Position numbers and translations under genes: made by a program
Assembly (NCBI GenBank): GCA_046597055.1
Contig: JBKJLC010000017.1
Coordinates: forward strand, 1 to 42,821
Direction of reading: 5' to 3'
Origin: Kofleriaceae bacterium
Lineage (GTDB): Bacteria > Myxococcota_A > Polyangia > Haliangiales > Haliangiaceae
Length of the DNA stretch: 42,821 bases
Part shown: positions 1-10,495 of the stretch, one piece after another
How the letters are laid out: each line of letters opens with the position of its first letter
How positions within the stretch are numbered: the stretch's first letter is position 1
Notes under the pieces: model-generated
Databases searched by the model: none
What the model was told of the DNA's origin: nothing
What the model saw: the letters and a program-made list of their open reading frames with translations, nothing else

Positions 1-118
1 TCGCCGCGCTGCGCGGAGGACGGGCGTGATCGGGCACGGGCTGCCGATCTACGTGGCGCTCGAGCCGGTGGACATGAGGCTGGGTGCCGAGCGACTCGGA
101 GGCCTGGTGCGCGAGCGG
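1..118 (+). mobile_element. IS66-family remnant: 3' end of tnpA (…AALRGGRA*) and 5' fragment of tnpB accessory gene
   Basis: GTGA stop/start overlap at 26-29. MIGHGLPIYVALEPVDMRLGAERLGGLVRER matches the IS66 TnpB N-terminal pattern (…PVDMRxGx(D/E)xL…). Similarity ends at about 118. Confidence 0.75.
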
Positions 119-1182
119 GACGTGCACATGCGTGAGCTGCAGCGGAACCTGATGCAGGCCCACTTCGATGCGCGGTCGGCACAGGAGCGCGAGGTCGAGG
201 TCGAAGGCGCCGACGGCGTCGCGCGGGAACAGGTCCGTCGAGGATCGCGGACGGTGGCGACGAAGTACGGCGAGGTCGAGCTGGGCCGCAAGCGATACCA
301 GGCGCCTGGCGTCGACGGGCTGGTGCCGCTCGATGCCGCGATGGAGCTGGCCGAGGACAAGTACTCGTACGAGGTCCGCCGGATTGTCGCCGAGGAGAGC
401 ACGCGGGCCTCGTTCGACGAGGTTGTCGAGCTGGTCCAGAAGCAGAGAGCGGCGCGGTCGGGCCGAAGCGGCAAGCCGAAGAACTCGCGGTGCGCGCCGC
501 CCAGGACTTCGACGCGTTCTATGGCGATCGCCTGTGCGAGCCTGAGGCGACGAGCGACCTCTTGGCCCTGTGCTTCGACGGCAAGGGGATCGCGATGATG
601 CACGCCGACCTGCGCGAGCCGACCCGCAAGGCGGCCGAGCAGACACCGCGCCGCCTCGAGACGCGGCTGACCTCGGGCGAGAAGCGCAACCGCAAGCGGC
701 GCGCGCAGGTGGCGACGACACACACGGTGGCACCGTGGCTGCGGACGGCGGCGGACGTGCTGCACACGCTGCGGCCCGACAAGCTCGACGAGAAGCGGCC
801 GCGTCCCGCCAACAAGCGGGTGTGGGCGAGCGTCGAGCACACGCCGCAGCGCGTGACCGATGACGCGTTCGCCGAGGCATTGCGGCGCGACCCGGAGCGC
901 CGCCGCCGCTGGGTCGTGCTGCTCGACGGCGAGCGCGACCAGCTCACCCGCGTCCAGCGAGCCGCCCGACACGCCGGCGTGCAGATCACGATCGTCCTCG
1001 ATATCGTCCACGTCCTTGAGTACCTGTGGGCCGCCGCCCATGCCTTCCACGCCGCCGGCACCGACGAGGCCGAGACCTGGGTCCGGCACCGCCTCCTCGC
1101 GTTGCTCACCGGCACCCGCGCCGGCGCCATGGCCACGAGCCTGCGTCTCATGATGGCGAGCCACGGGCTCGACGCCAAGGCC
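119..1182 (+). pseudogene. ISKra4-family transposase pseudogene (5'-truncated, frameshifted, 3'-interrupted)
   Basis: Two frames join at the AGAGAG run near 443-448 (…VELVQKQ / [25 protein letters not shown]). Motifs FDGKGI, WVVLLDG and [11 protein letters not shown] are present. The C-terminal catalytic Glu region is absent; the sequence changes character at about 1183. Confidence 0.8.
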
Positions 1183-2202
1183 GGTTGTGTCCCTGTAGTT
1201 GTGTAGAAGCCGGTTTCTTGGGCTCCAAGAAAAGAAGGGGGAACCTTCGGGTTGCGACACCTGAAAGGCACCCCCATGAAGAAATCAGAACGACTCCTTC
1301 GCGACAAAGCTAACCAGCTCGTGCTCCCGACGCAAAAAGACTTCCAATTTGACCTCGCGGCCCGGTGCCGGCAGGCGGTCCAATGCACCCTCCAGGCCGT
1401 CCTCGACGAGGAGCTGGAACGTCTCGTGGGTGCCGGGCCGTATCAGCGGACCGATCAGCGCGTCGACGTCCGCAATGGCGCCTACGACCGCCGCATCGTC
1501 ACCACCACCGGCGAGGTCGGCGTTCGCGTCGGGCGCACCCGCGCCGGCGGCGGGGCGACCCAGCCGCTGGGGCGGTACCTCCGACGTCGCCCGGAAATCG
1601 ACGACGTCATTACCGAGACGTACGTGCGCGGCGCCTCGACGCGGGACATCGCGCCGATCACGCAGGTGCTCCTCGGCAAGCGCGTCAGTCGCTCGACCGT
1701 GAGCCGCGTGACCCGCCGGCTCGAGGATGAGGTCGAGGCGCTGCGCAAGGCGCCGATCACCGAGCCCATCACGTACCTGTACCTCGACGCCACGTTCGTC
1801 GACGCGCGCTGGGCCCGCACCGTGGAGAATGTGTCGGCCCTGGTCGCCTACGGCGTCGGCCCCGATGGCCATCGCCACCTGCTCGCCGTGCACGTCGGCA
1901 CCCAGGAGTCCGAGGCGAGCTGGGCCGGACTGCTCGCCGAGCTCGTCGAGCGCGGCCTCTCCGGTGTTCGCCTGGTCATCGCGGACGCGCATGCCGGCCT
2001 CCGCCTCGCCGTACGCAAGGCGCTGCCCGAAGCCCGTGAGCAGCGCTGCACGGTCCATCTCATGCGCAACGTGCTCGGGAACGTGCCCACCCGCCACCGG
2101 AAGCGCATCGGCCACGAGCTCGTGGCCGTCCTCCACGCCCCCAGCCTCGTCGAGGCCAAGACGGCCCTGCGCGGTTTCCGCGACCGATTCGCCGGCCAGT
2201 TC
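1183..2202 (+). mobile_element. IS256-family element, left end plus 3'-truncated transposase (CDS from ATG 1276; ORF runs on into foreign sequence to 2247)
   Basis: Lower-GC leader 1183-1275 beginning GGTTGTGTCCCTGTAGTTGTGT (probable terminal repeat). AAAGG before ATG 1276. Motifs RNGAY, GASTRDI, LYLDAT, LVIADAHAGL and QRCTVH. Homology stops at RFAGQF, before the catalytic Glu. No matching right end seen. Confidence 0.85.
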
Positions 2203-2398
2203 AAGTCCGTCGCCGTTGGCGTCTCCAGTGCCGGTGCTGCCCACTGACCGTGATGACGCCGACGCCGACGCCGCTGGTGCCGCCTCCGCCGGCACCGCCA
2301 TCGACGGCGCCGTCGGCCCGCCGCCGACCGCCACCCTGCTGACGCGGCGGCTCGACTGGGCCGCCTTGCTCGAGCGCGTCTTCGGCGCCGACGTCACA
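2203..2398 (+). mobile_element. IS91-like (Y2 rolling-circle) transposase C-terminal fragment
   Basis: Low-complexity linker followed by RRLDWAALLERVFGADVT, the motif that normally precedes the C-terminal CPxCGG of IS91/ISCR-like transposases. It is cut just before the cysteines. Confidence 0.65.
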
Positions 2399-2748
2399 AT
2401 CGAGCGGGGCGACATCCGCGACAGCCCGCACACGCCGTGGCCGCTGGTGCAGCCGCTGCCGAGCCGGGTACCGAACCCGACGATCAACCCGGCGCCGAGC
2501 ACGGCAGGTAGCGAGCGGACCGAGGCACCGACCGCGGCCGGCGCCACCAGCGCGGCGACCACCCCGGCGCCGAGCAGGCCGGCGAGGAAGCCGAGCCGCC
2601 AGCCACGATCGGGCGCCGGCGCCGGCGGCAGCAGCGAGCCCAGGATGCCGCTGATGCCGGCGATCCGGCCGTGGGTCAGGAGCAGGAGCGCACCGGCGGC
2701 GCCGATCATCGCGCCGCCGGTGAGAGCGAGGAGCCAGGAGGTAGGCAT
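2395..2748 (-). pseudogene. YeeE/YedE-family sulfur-compound transporter subunit, 3'-truncated
   Basis: ATG 2748. MPTSWLLALTGGAMIG…GRIAGISGI…GFGTRLGSGCTSGHGVCGLSRMSPRSIV are hallmark YeeE motifs. The last TM helix and stop codon are replaced by IS sequence. Confidence 0.88.
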
Positions 2749-2760
2749 GGACGATCGACA

Positions 2761-2778
2761 ATGCAGCCCGCGCGCCAG
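2761..2778 (-). promoter_or_regulatory. Putative sigma54 -24/-12 promoter of yeeE-like gene
   Basis: CTGGCGCGCGGGCTGCAT (GG-N10-GC); the -12 C lies 15 nt upstream of ATG 2748. Confidence 0.6.
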
Positions 2779-2851
2779 CGCGCGACCTCGATGAATCGAG
2801 CAGTTCGCGCGCCGCCGGCGTCGCGCTGAAACGCGGGGCCCCGGCGAGCCG

Positions 2852-2866
2852 GTTTCCGCGTGTTGC
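2852..2866. promoter_or_regulatory. Candidate enhancer (UAS) for the local sigma54 activator
   Basis: GTTTC-N5-GTTGC, with inverted TGAAAC at 2827-2832. The same arrangement recurs at 5099-5113. Confidence 0.4.
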
Positions 2867-2905
2867 ACCAGGCCCGACCCGAGCCACGATCCGCGGGCCT
2901 ACGCG

Positions 2906-2922
2906 CTGGCACCGCGCTTGAA
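2906..2922 (+). promoter_or_regulatory. Putative sigma54 promoter of tauE-like gene
   Basis: CTGGCACCGCGCTTGAA: consensus -24 box TGGCAC, variant -12 box TTGA, correct spacing; 14 nt from ATG 2935. Confidence 0.65.
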
Positions 2923-2934
2923 TCAGCGGTGGAC

Positions 2935-3693
2935 ATGCTCCTCGTCGCCCTCGCCCTCGCGCTCCTGATCGGCGTCTCGCTCGGCCTGCTCGGTGGCGGC
3001 GGCTCGATCCTCACGCTTCCGATCCTGACCTATGCGGTCGGGATGGAGACCAAGTCGGCGATCGCGGCATCGCTGTTCGTCGTCGGTGTCACCAGCGCGA
3101 CCGGCGCGATCGCCCACGCCCGCGCCGGGCGCATCCAGTGGCGCACAGGTCTCCTGTTCGGCGCCGCCGGCATGGTCGGCGCCTTCGTCGGCGGCCGCGC
3201 CGCCGCGTACGTGCCGGGTCGCGTGCTGATGATCGGGTTCGCCGCGATGATGATCGTGACCGCGATCGCGATGCTGCGCGGCCGGCGCGCGCCGGCGGGC
3301 GCTACCCCGGCGCCGGTGCGGACCCTGCCGGTCGGCAAGGTGCTGGCCGAGGGCGCGGTGGTCGGCGTCGTCACCGGCATCGTCGGCGCCGGCGGCGGCT
3401 TCCTGGTCGTGCCCGCGCTGGTCCTCTTCGGTGGCCTGCCGATGGAGATCGCGGTCGGCACCTCGCTGGTGGTGATCGCGATGAAGTCGTTCGCTGGCCT
3501 CGCCGGTCACCTCGGCCACGTCGACGTGGACTGGCCGATCACGCTCGCGGTCACCGCGGCCGCGGTGGTCGGCAGCTTCGCGGGTGGCCGGCTGGCCGGG
3601 CGCATCCCCGGCGACACCCTGCGCCGCGGCTTCGGCGGGTTCGTCCTGGCGATGGCGGCGTTCGTGCTCGGCAAGCAGCTGGGCGCATTCTGA
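2935..3693 (+). CDS. Sulfite exporter TauE/SafE (TSUP) family membrane protein, 252 aa
   Basis: Hydrophobic; duplicated motifs GLLGGGGSILTLP and GIVGAGGGFLVVP; AVGTSL. Confidence 0.92.
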   Translation: MLLVALALALLIGVSLGLLGGGGSILTLPILTYAVGMETKSAIAASLFVVGVTSATGAIAHARAGRIQWRTGLLFGAAGMVGAFVGGRAAAYVPGRVLMIGFAAMMIVTAIAMLRGRRAPAGATPAPVRTLPVGKVLAEGAVVGVVTGIVGAGGGFLVVPALVLFGGLPMEIAVGTSLVVIAMKSFAGLAGHLGHVDVDWPITLAVTAAAVVGSFAGGRLAGRIPGDTLRRGFGGFVLAMAAFVLGKQLGAF

Positions 3694-3716
3694 GCGCACC
3701 GTGTAAGGTCGGCACG

Positions 3717-5066
3717 ATGCCGCCTCGCGCGCCGCGCCGCACCGACCCCGCCGACCTCGATCGCGCGCTGTTCGCGGCCGCGCTCGACGAGCTGGTCGGC
3801 GCGGCCCTGGTGCTCGACGCCCAGCTGCGGATCCGGGCCGCGTCGCGCAGCGCCGAGGAGGTGCTCGGGTTCGCGATCCCGATCGGCGGCTCGGCGGCGA
3901 CGCTCCTGTGCGGCGGTCGGTCGAAGCGCCCGTTCGGCGAGGCGCTCGCCGCCGGGGTCCCGTTCCAGGCGGTGATCCCGCGCCCCGGCCCGCCCGATCC
4001 GGCGGGCGGCGCGCAGGTGCGGGTGCGCTCGGTGCCGCTCGGTCACGGGACCGCCACCCTGGGCTGGATCGTCCACATCACCGCGGTCGCCGGCGACGAC
4101 GCCGCGCCGGTGCGCTTTCACGGCATGTGGACCCGCGATCCGCGGATGAAGCAGACGTTCCGGATCATCGAGCGGGTCGCGGCCGAGGACGTCACCGTGC
4201 TGGTCCGCGGCGAGACCGGCGCCGGCAAGGAGCTGGTCGCGCAGGCGATCCACGCGCTGTCACCGCGCCACACCGGGCCGTTCCGCGCGATCAACTGCGC
4301 GGCGCTGCCGCCCAACCTGCTCGAGAGCGAGCTGTTCGGCCACATCCGCGGCGCCTTCACCGGCGCGGTCCGCGACACCCCGGGTCACGTCCAGCTCGCC
4401 CACGGTGGCACCCTGTTCCTCGATGAGATCGCCGAGCTGCCGCTCGAGCTGCAGGCCAAGCTGCTGCGCGTGATCGAGACCCGGACGGTGCTGCCGGTCG
4501 GCGGCCGCGACGCGGTGCCGGTCGACGTCCGGTTCGTGTCGGCGACCCACCGCGCGCTGCGCGCCGAGGTCGCCGCCGGGCGGTTCCGCGCCGATCTGAT
4601 GTACCGCCTGCGCGTGATCCCGATCCGGCTGCCGCCGCTGCGCGAGCGGCCGGCCGACGTGCTGCTGATCGCGAGCAAGATCATCGACGAGCTGAACCTG
4701 AATGGCCGCCGCCAGGTCGCGTCGATCGCGGCCACCGCCGAGGCCGCGCTGGAGCGCTACGAGTGGCTCGGCAACGTCCGCGAGCTGCGCAACGCGCTCG
4801 CCTACGCGTTCGCGATCGGCGACGGCCCGGTGCTCGAGATCGGGGACCTGCCGCCCGAGATCGCGGCCGCGGATCCGAGCGGCGCCGAGGTCACCGTGGC
4901 CGCCGAGACCACGCCGGCCGACGCCGAGGTTGCACCCGAGGTGCGCCGGATCCGGGATGCGCTGACGCGGACCAGCGGCAATCGCGACCGCGCCGCCAAG
5001 CTGCTCGGCTGGAGCCGGGTGACCCTGTGGCGCCGGATGCGCGCGCTCGGCCTCGACGAGGCCTGA
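3717..5066 (+). CDS. Sigma54-dependent Fis-family enhancer-binding protein with PAS-like N-terminus, 449 aa
   Basis: Walker [22 protein letters not shown], Walker [25 protein letters not shown]-terminal HTH ([16 protein letters not shown]). Start placed at ATG 3717, after the tauE stop. Confidence 0.95.
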   Translation: MPPRAPRRTDPADLDRALFAAALDELVGAALVLDAQLRIRAASRSAEEVLGFAIPIGGSAATLLCGGRSKRPFGEALAAGVPFQAVIPRPGPPDPAGGAQVRVRSVPLGHGTATLGWIVHITAVAGDDAAPVRFHGMWTRDPRMKQTFRIIERVAAEDVTVLVRGETGAGKELVAQAIHALSPRHTGPFRAINCAALPPNLLESELFGHIRGAFTGAVRDTPGHVQLAHGGTLFLDEIAELPLELQAKLLRVIETRTVLPVGGRDAVPVDVRFVSATHRALRAEVAAGRFRADLMYRLRVIPIRLPPLRERPADVLLIASKIIDELNLNGRRQVASIAATAEAALERYEWLGNVRELRNALAYAFAIGDGPVLEIGDLPPEIAAADPSGAEVTVAAETTPADAEVAPEVRRIRDALTRTSGNRDRAAKLLGWSRVTLWRRMRALGLDEA

Positions 5067-5098
5067 CGCGGGGCCCAACGGCGCCCCGGGGCCAGGCT

Positions 5099-5113
5099 GT
5101 TTCAGGACGTTTC
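5099..5113. promoter_or_regulatory. Candidate enhancer (UAS), second copy
   Basis: GTTTC-N5-GTTTC, with inverted GAAAC at 5145-5149, upstream of the sigma54 motif at 5165. Confidence 0.4.
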
Positions 5114-5164
5114 GTTCGCGGTGCCCCCCCCGCCGGGACCCTGCGAAACCACAGCCCTCGGGGC

Positions 5165-5182
5165 CTGGCATCGCCGATGCAT
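5165..5182 (+). promoter_or_regulatory. Putative sigma54 promoter of rhodanese-PDO operon
   Basis: CTGGCATCGCCGATGCAT (TGGCA…TGCA, GG-N10-GC); 14 nt from ATG 5194. Confidence 0.7.
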
Positions 5183-5193
5183 TACTCGCTGCC

Positions 5194-5574
5194 ATGGCCA
5201 CTCGACCGCCCCTGCCTCCGGACCGATCGCTCTATGCGACCGCCGCCCCGAACCGCGCCGGCTACCGCGACGTGTCGCCGGCGGCGCTGTTCGACGCCCA
5301 GGACCGCGTGCGGATGGTCGACGTCCGCGAGCCCCACGAGCTGGTCGGCGAGCTCGGTCACATCCGCGGCGTCGAGCGGGTGCCGCTCGCGACCGTCCCG
5401 GCCCGCGCTGCGGCCTGGCCCAAGGGTGACGAGATCGTCGTGGTCTGCCGCTCGGGCGCTCGCTCGGGCCGGGCCGCCGAGCTGCTGGTCGCCGGTGGCT
5501 TCCGCAACGTCATGAACCTCGCGGGCGGGATGCTCGCCTACCACGCGGCCGGGCTGCCGGTCGAACGCAGCTGA
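5194..5574 (+). CDS. Single-domain rhodanese (sulfurtransferase)
   Basis: VDVREPHE, GHI, active-site loop CRSGARS, NLAGGMLAY. Confidence 0.93.
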   Translation: MATRPPLPPDRSLYATAAPNRAGYRDVSPAALFDAQDRVRMVDVREPHELVGELGHIRGVERVPLATVPARAAAWPKGDEIVVVCRSGARSGRAAELLVAGGFRNVMNLAGGMLAYHAAGLPVERS

Positions 5575-5589
5575 CGAGAGGACATCGCC

Positions 5590-6492
5590 ATGCACGTCGA
5601 ACCGTTCTACGACTCGCGCACCTCGACCCTGACCTACGTCGTCTCGGATCCGGTGACCCGCGACGCCATCGTGATCGACCCGGTGCTCGACTACGACCCG
5701 GCCGCGGGGACCACCTGGACCGAGTCGGTCGACCGGGTCACCGCCTACCTCCGGCGCGAGGGCCTGCGCCTGCACTACACGCTCGAGACCCACGCCCACG
5801 CCGACCACCTGTCGGGCGCGCAGCTGCTCCGCCGCCGGTTCGACGCCGGCGTCGCGATCGGCGAGCGGATCCGCGAGGTCCAGGCCACGTTCGGGCCGAT
5901 CTTCGATCTGCCGGCGACCTTCGCCACCGACGGCCGCCAGTTCGACCGGCTGCTCGCCGATGGCGAGGTGCTGCGCGCCGGCTCGCTCGCGGTCGCGGTG
6001 ATCCCGACCCCGGGCCACACCCCGGCGTGCGTGACCTACCAGATCGAGGACGCGGTCTTCACCGGCGACGCGCTGTTCACCGAGGACTACGGCACCGGGC
6101 GCTGCGACTTCCCCCGCGGCAGCGCCGAGGCCCTGTACGACTCGGTGCAGCGGCTGTACGAGCTCCCCGACCCGACCCGGGTGTTCGTCGGGCACGACTA
6201 CCAGCCGGGCGGCCGCGCGGTGCGGTGGGAGACGACGATCGGCGCCTCGAAGGCGAGGAACCCACAGCTGTCGGCGACCACCACCCGCGAGGCGTTCGTG
6301 GCGATGCGGCGCAGGCGCGACGCCGGCCTGCCGGCGCCGCGTCTGCTGTTTCCCAGCGTCCAGGTCAACCTCGACGCCGGTCGGCTGCCCGCGGCCCACG
6401 CCAACGGCAACCGCTACCTGGTCGTCCCCCTCAACGTGCTGCGCGGGGCCGACGAGCTCGGTGAGCCGGTGCCCCGCACCGAGGAGCGCTGA
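5590..6492 (+). CDS. MBL-fold persulfide dioxygenase (ETHE1/Blh-like)
   Basis: [54 protein letters not shown]. Confidence 0.92.
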   Translation: MHVEPFYDSRTSTLTYVVSDPVTRDAIVIDPVLDYDPAAGTTWTESVDRVTAYLRREGLRLHYTLETHAHADHLSGAQLLRRRFDAGVAIGERIREVQATFGPIFDLPATFATDGRQFDRLLADGEVLRAGSLAVAVIPTPGHTPACVTYQIEDAVFTGDALFTEDYGTGRCDFPRGSAEALYDSVQRLYELPDPTRVFVGHDYQPGGRAVRWETTIGASKARNPQLSATTTREAFVAMRRRRDAGLPAPRLLFPSVQVNLDAGRLPAAHANGNRYLVVPLNVLRGADELGEPVPRTEER

Positions 6493-6493
6493 C

Positions 6494-6974
6494 ATGACCG
6501 TCCCTGCGATCGCCCACTGCACCGACCTCACCGGCGACGACCCCGCCGGGTTCCACCACGCCGCCGCGCTCGCCGCCGCCAGCGGCGCCCGCCTGGTCAC
6601 GATCCACGGCAACCCGGCCTCGTCCGAGGTGGCCCGGTTGCCCGACGCCGCGCCGCTGGCGCGGCGGTGGGGCCGGCCGATCGAGCACCAGCGGCTCTGC
6701 CACGAGTGTTGCGACGACGTCGCCGACACGGTGATCGATGCGATCCGACAGGTCGCGCCCGGGCTGGTGGTCGCCGGGACCCACGCCCGCCACGGGCTCG
6801 CCGCGCTGCTGTCCGGCAGCGTCGCCGAGGCGGTCGCGCGCAACATCACGGCGCCGATCCTGATCGTGCCCAATCACGTGCGCGGCTTCGTCGATCCTGG
6901 GCAGCCGGACCGAGCACGTCGTGCGCGATGCCAGCTGCCCGGTCCTGTCCGTTCCCATCCCGCCGGGCGCATAG
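6494..6974 (+). pseudogene. Tandem-domain universal stress protein with internal deletion and frameshift
   Basis: Domain 1 is intact (HCTDL…LVVAGTHARHGLAALLSGSVAEAVARN..APILIVP). At GATCCT (6893-6898) a different frame gives LGSRTEHVVRDASCPVLSVPIPPGA*, the end of a second USP domain. Confidence 0.8.
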
Positions 6975-6999
6975 TCGCCACCGAACCAAGGAGCCGACC

Positions 7000-7398
7000 A
7001 TGTACGATCGCAGCTACGCCTTCACGCGCAAGATCGAGCACGCCACCGTCGCCGACGCGATCAGCCGGACCCGGACCGCGCTCGCCGCGGAGGGCTTCGG
7101 GGTGCTGACCGAGATCGACGTCCAGGCGACCCTCAAGCAGAAGCTCGGCGTCGACCGCACGCCCTACGTGATCCTCGGAGCGTGCAACCCGGGCCTGGCC
7201 CATCGCGCGCTCGAGGCCGAGCCCGCGGTCGGCGTGTTCCTGCCCTGCAACGTCACCGTCTTCCAGGGCGACGATGGCGCGACCTACGTCCAGGCGATCA
7301 AGCCCGAGGCGATGTTCGGCCTGATCGACGCCGCGCCGATGCAGTCGATCGCCCGCGAGGTCGGCGAGCGACTGGAGCGCGTGGTCGCGGCGATCTGA
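7000..7398 (+). CDS. DUF302 domain protein, 132 aa
   Basis: SD AAGGAG; EGFGVLTEIDVQATLKQKL, YVILGACNP, FLPCNV. Confidence 0.9.
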   Translation: MYDRSYAFTRKIEHATVADAISRTRTALAAEGFGVLTEIDVQATLKQKLGVDRTPYVILGACNPGLAHRALEAEPAVGVFLPCNVTVFQGDDGATYVQAIKPEAMFGLIDAAPMQSIAREVGERLERVVAAI

Positions 7399-7414
7399 GC
7401 GCGCGCGAAGATTG

Positions 7415-7605
7415 TCAGCGCGCGGGCGCCGGCGGCGCCGGGCTCGCCGGCGGCGGGACCGCGCGATAGAGGGCGTGGCACGCCTGGCACATGGCGAGCG
7501 CGCGGCCGAGGGCGGCGGCGCTGCCGGCGTGATCCTTCGCGTGCGCGGCCATGACCAGCGCCTCGAGCTCGTGGTGGAACGGCTCGTCCGTCGGAGCCCG
7601 CGCGG
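7415..7605 (-). pseudogene. Probable 3' remnant of a class II (c'-like) cytochrome c
   Basis: Helical peptide ending ALGRALAMCQACHALYR (CxxCH at 7475-7489, near the C-terminus). No signal peptide and no room for an N-terminus before the upstream stop at 7606. Confidence 0.55.
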
Positions 7606-8528
7606 TCAGGCGCGTGCGGCGGTCGCGACGATGGTCGGGACGATGCGGTCCCAGACCGAGGGCGGCAGGTGGTGGCCCATGCCCTGGATGACGTGCAGGC
7701 GGGCGCCGGGGATGGCGCGGGCGGTGGCGCGGCCCGCGCCGACCGGGATCAGCGGATCCTCGCTGCCGTGGATGACGGTGGTCGGCACCCGGACGCTGGC
7801 GAGGGCACGGGTGCGGTCGCCTGACTTCAGGATCGCGCCGAGCTGGCGCAGGAAGCCGCGCGGCGACTGGCCGCGCTCGAACGCGGCCCGACCGAGCGTG
7901 CGCAGCGCCTCGTCGTCGGGATCGAAGCGCGAGCCACCCAGCGTGCGGAAGACGCGGACCAGGTGCTCGGCGGTCTCGTCGGCGGTGCGCGGGCGTCGCC
8001 CCAGCAGCGCGCGCAGGGCCGCGGGCCGGGTGGTGAGCGCCCACCGCCGCGAGCCAGGGCTCGACATGATCGAGGTGAGCGACGCGATGCGGGTGGGATG
8101 CTCGATCGCGAGGTGCTGGCCGATCATGCCGCCCATGGACACGCCGACCACGTGCGCCTTCGCGATCCCGAGATGATCGAGCAGGCCGACCAGATCGCGC
8201 GCCATGTCGGACAGGTCGTAGGGCGCGTCGATCGGGAGCCCGGCGACCCGACGCACCAGCAGCGGCCACGACTTCGGCGCCGGCAGGTGGTCGAGGCACG
8301 ACGACGCACCGACGTCGCGGTTGTCGAAGCGGATCACGCGAAAGCCGCGCTCGACCAGGCGGGCACACAGGCGGTCGTCCCAGAAGATGCCCTGGGCGCC
8401 GATGCCCATCACCAGCAACATCGCGGGGCCTTCGCCTTGCTCCTCGTAGGCCAGCTCGACGCCGCCGCCGACCTGGGCGCGGCCGGCCCGCCACCGCCCA
8501 CGCGCACGCTCGGTGGCGGGCACGGCGC

Positions 8529-8532
<4 letters not shown>
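7606..8532 (-). CDS. Alpha/beta-fold hydrolase
   Basis: FDNRDVGAS, nucleophile elbow GVSMGG, IHGSEDPL, GMGH; ATGA overlap with the kinase stop. Confidence 0.93.
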
Positions 8533-10475
<1,943 letters not shown>

Positions 10476-10495
10476 GGTTGGACGCTAGCGTACCA

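Noticed and set aside
443..450. Programmed frameshift in the ISKra4 transposase
   Set aside because: The site is an AG dinucleotide run rather than a typical A-rich slippery heptamer, and the element is truncated at both ends. Decay or a sequencing indel is more likely.
1285..2868. 527-aa minus-strand ORF as a long YeeE fusion protein
   Set aside because: Only 2395-2748 is YeeE; the rest is read-through into the antisense of IS sequence.
3138..3716. N-terminal extension of the EBP ORF; similar extensions of the DUF302, hutH, VWA and hutI ORFs
   Set aside because: These are off-frame overlaps with neighbouring genes or run through intergenic DNA. Downstream starts fit the domain boundaries and signals better.
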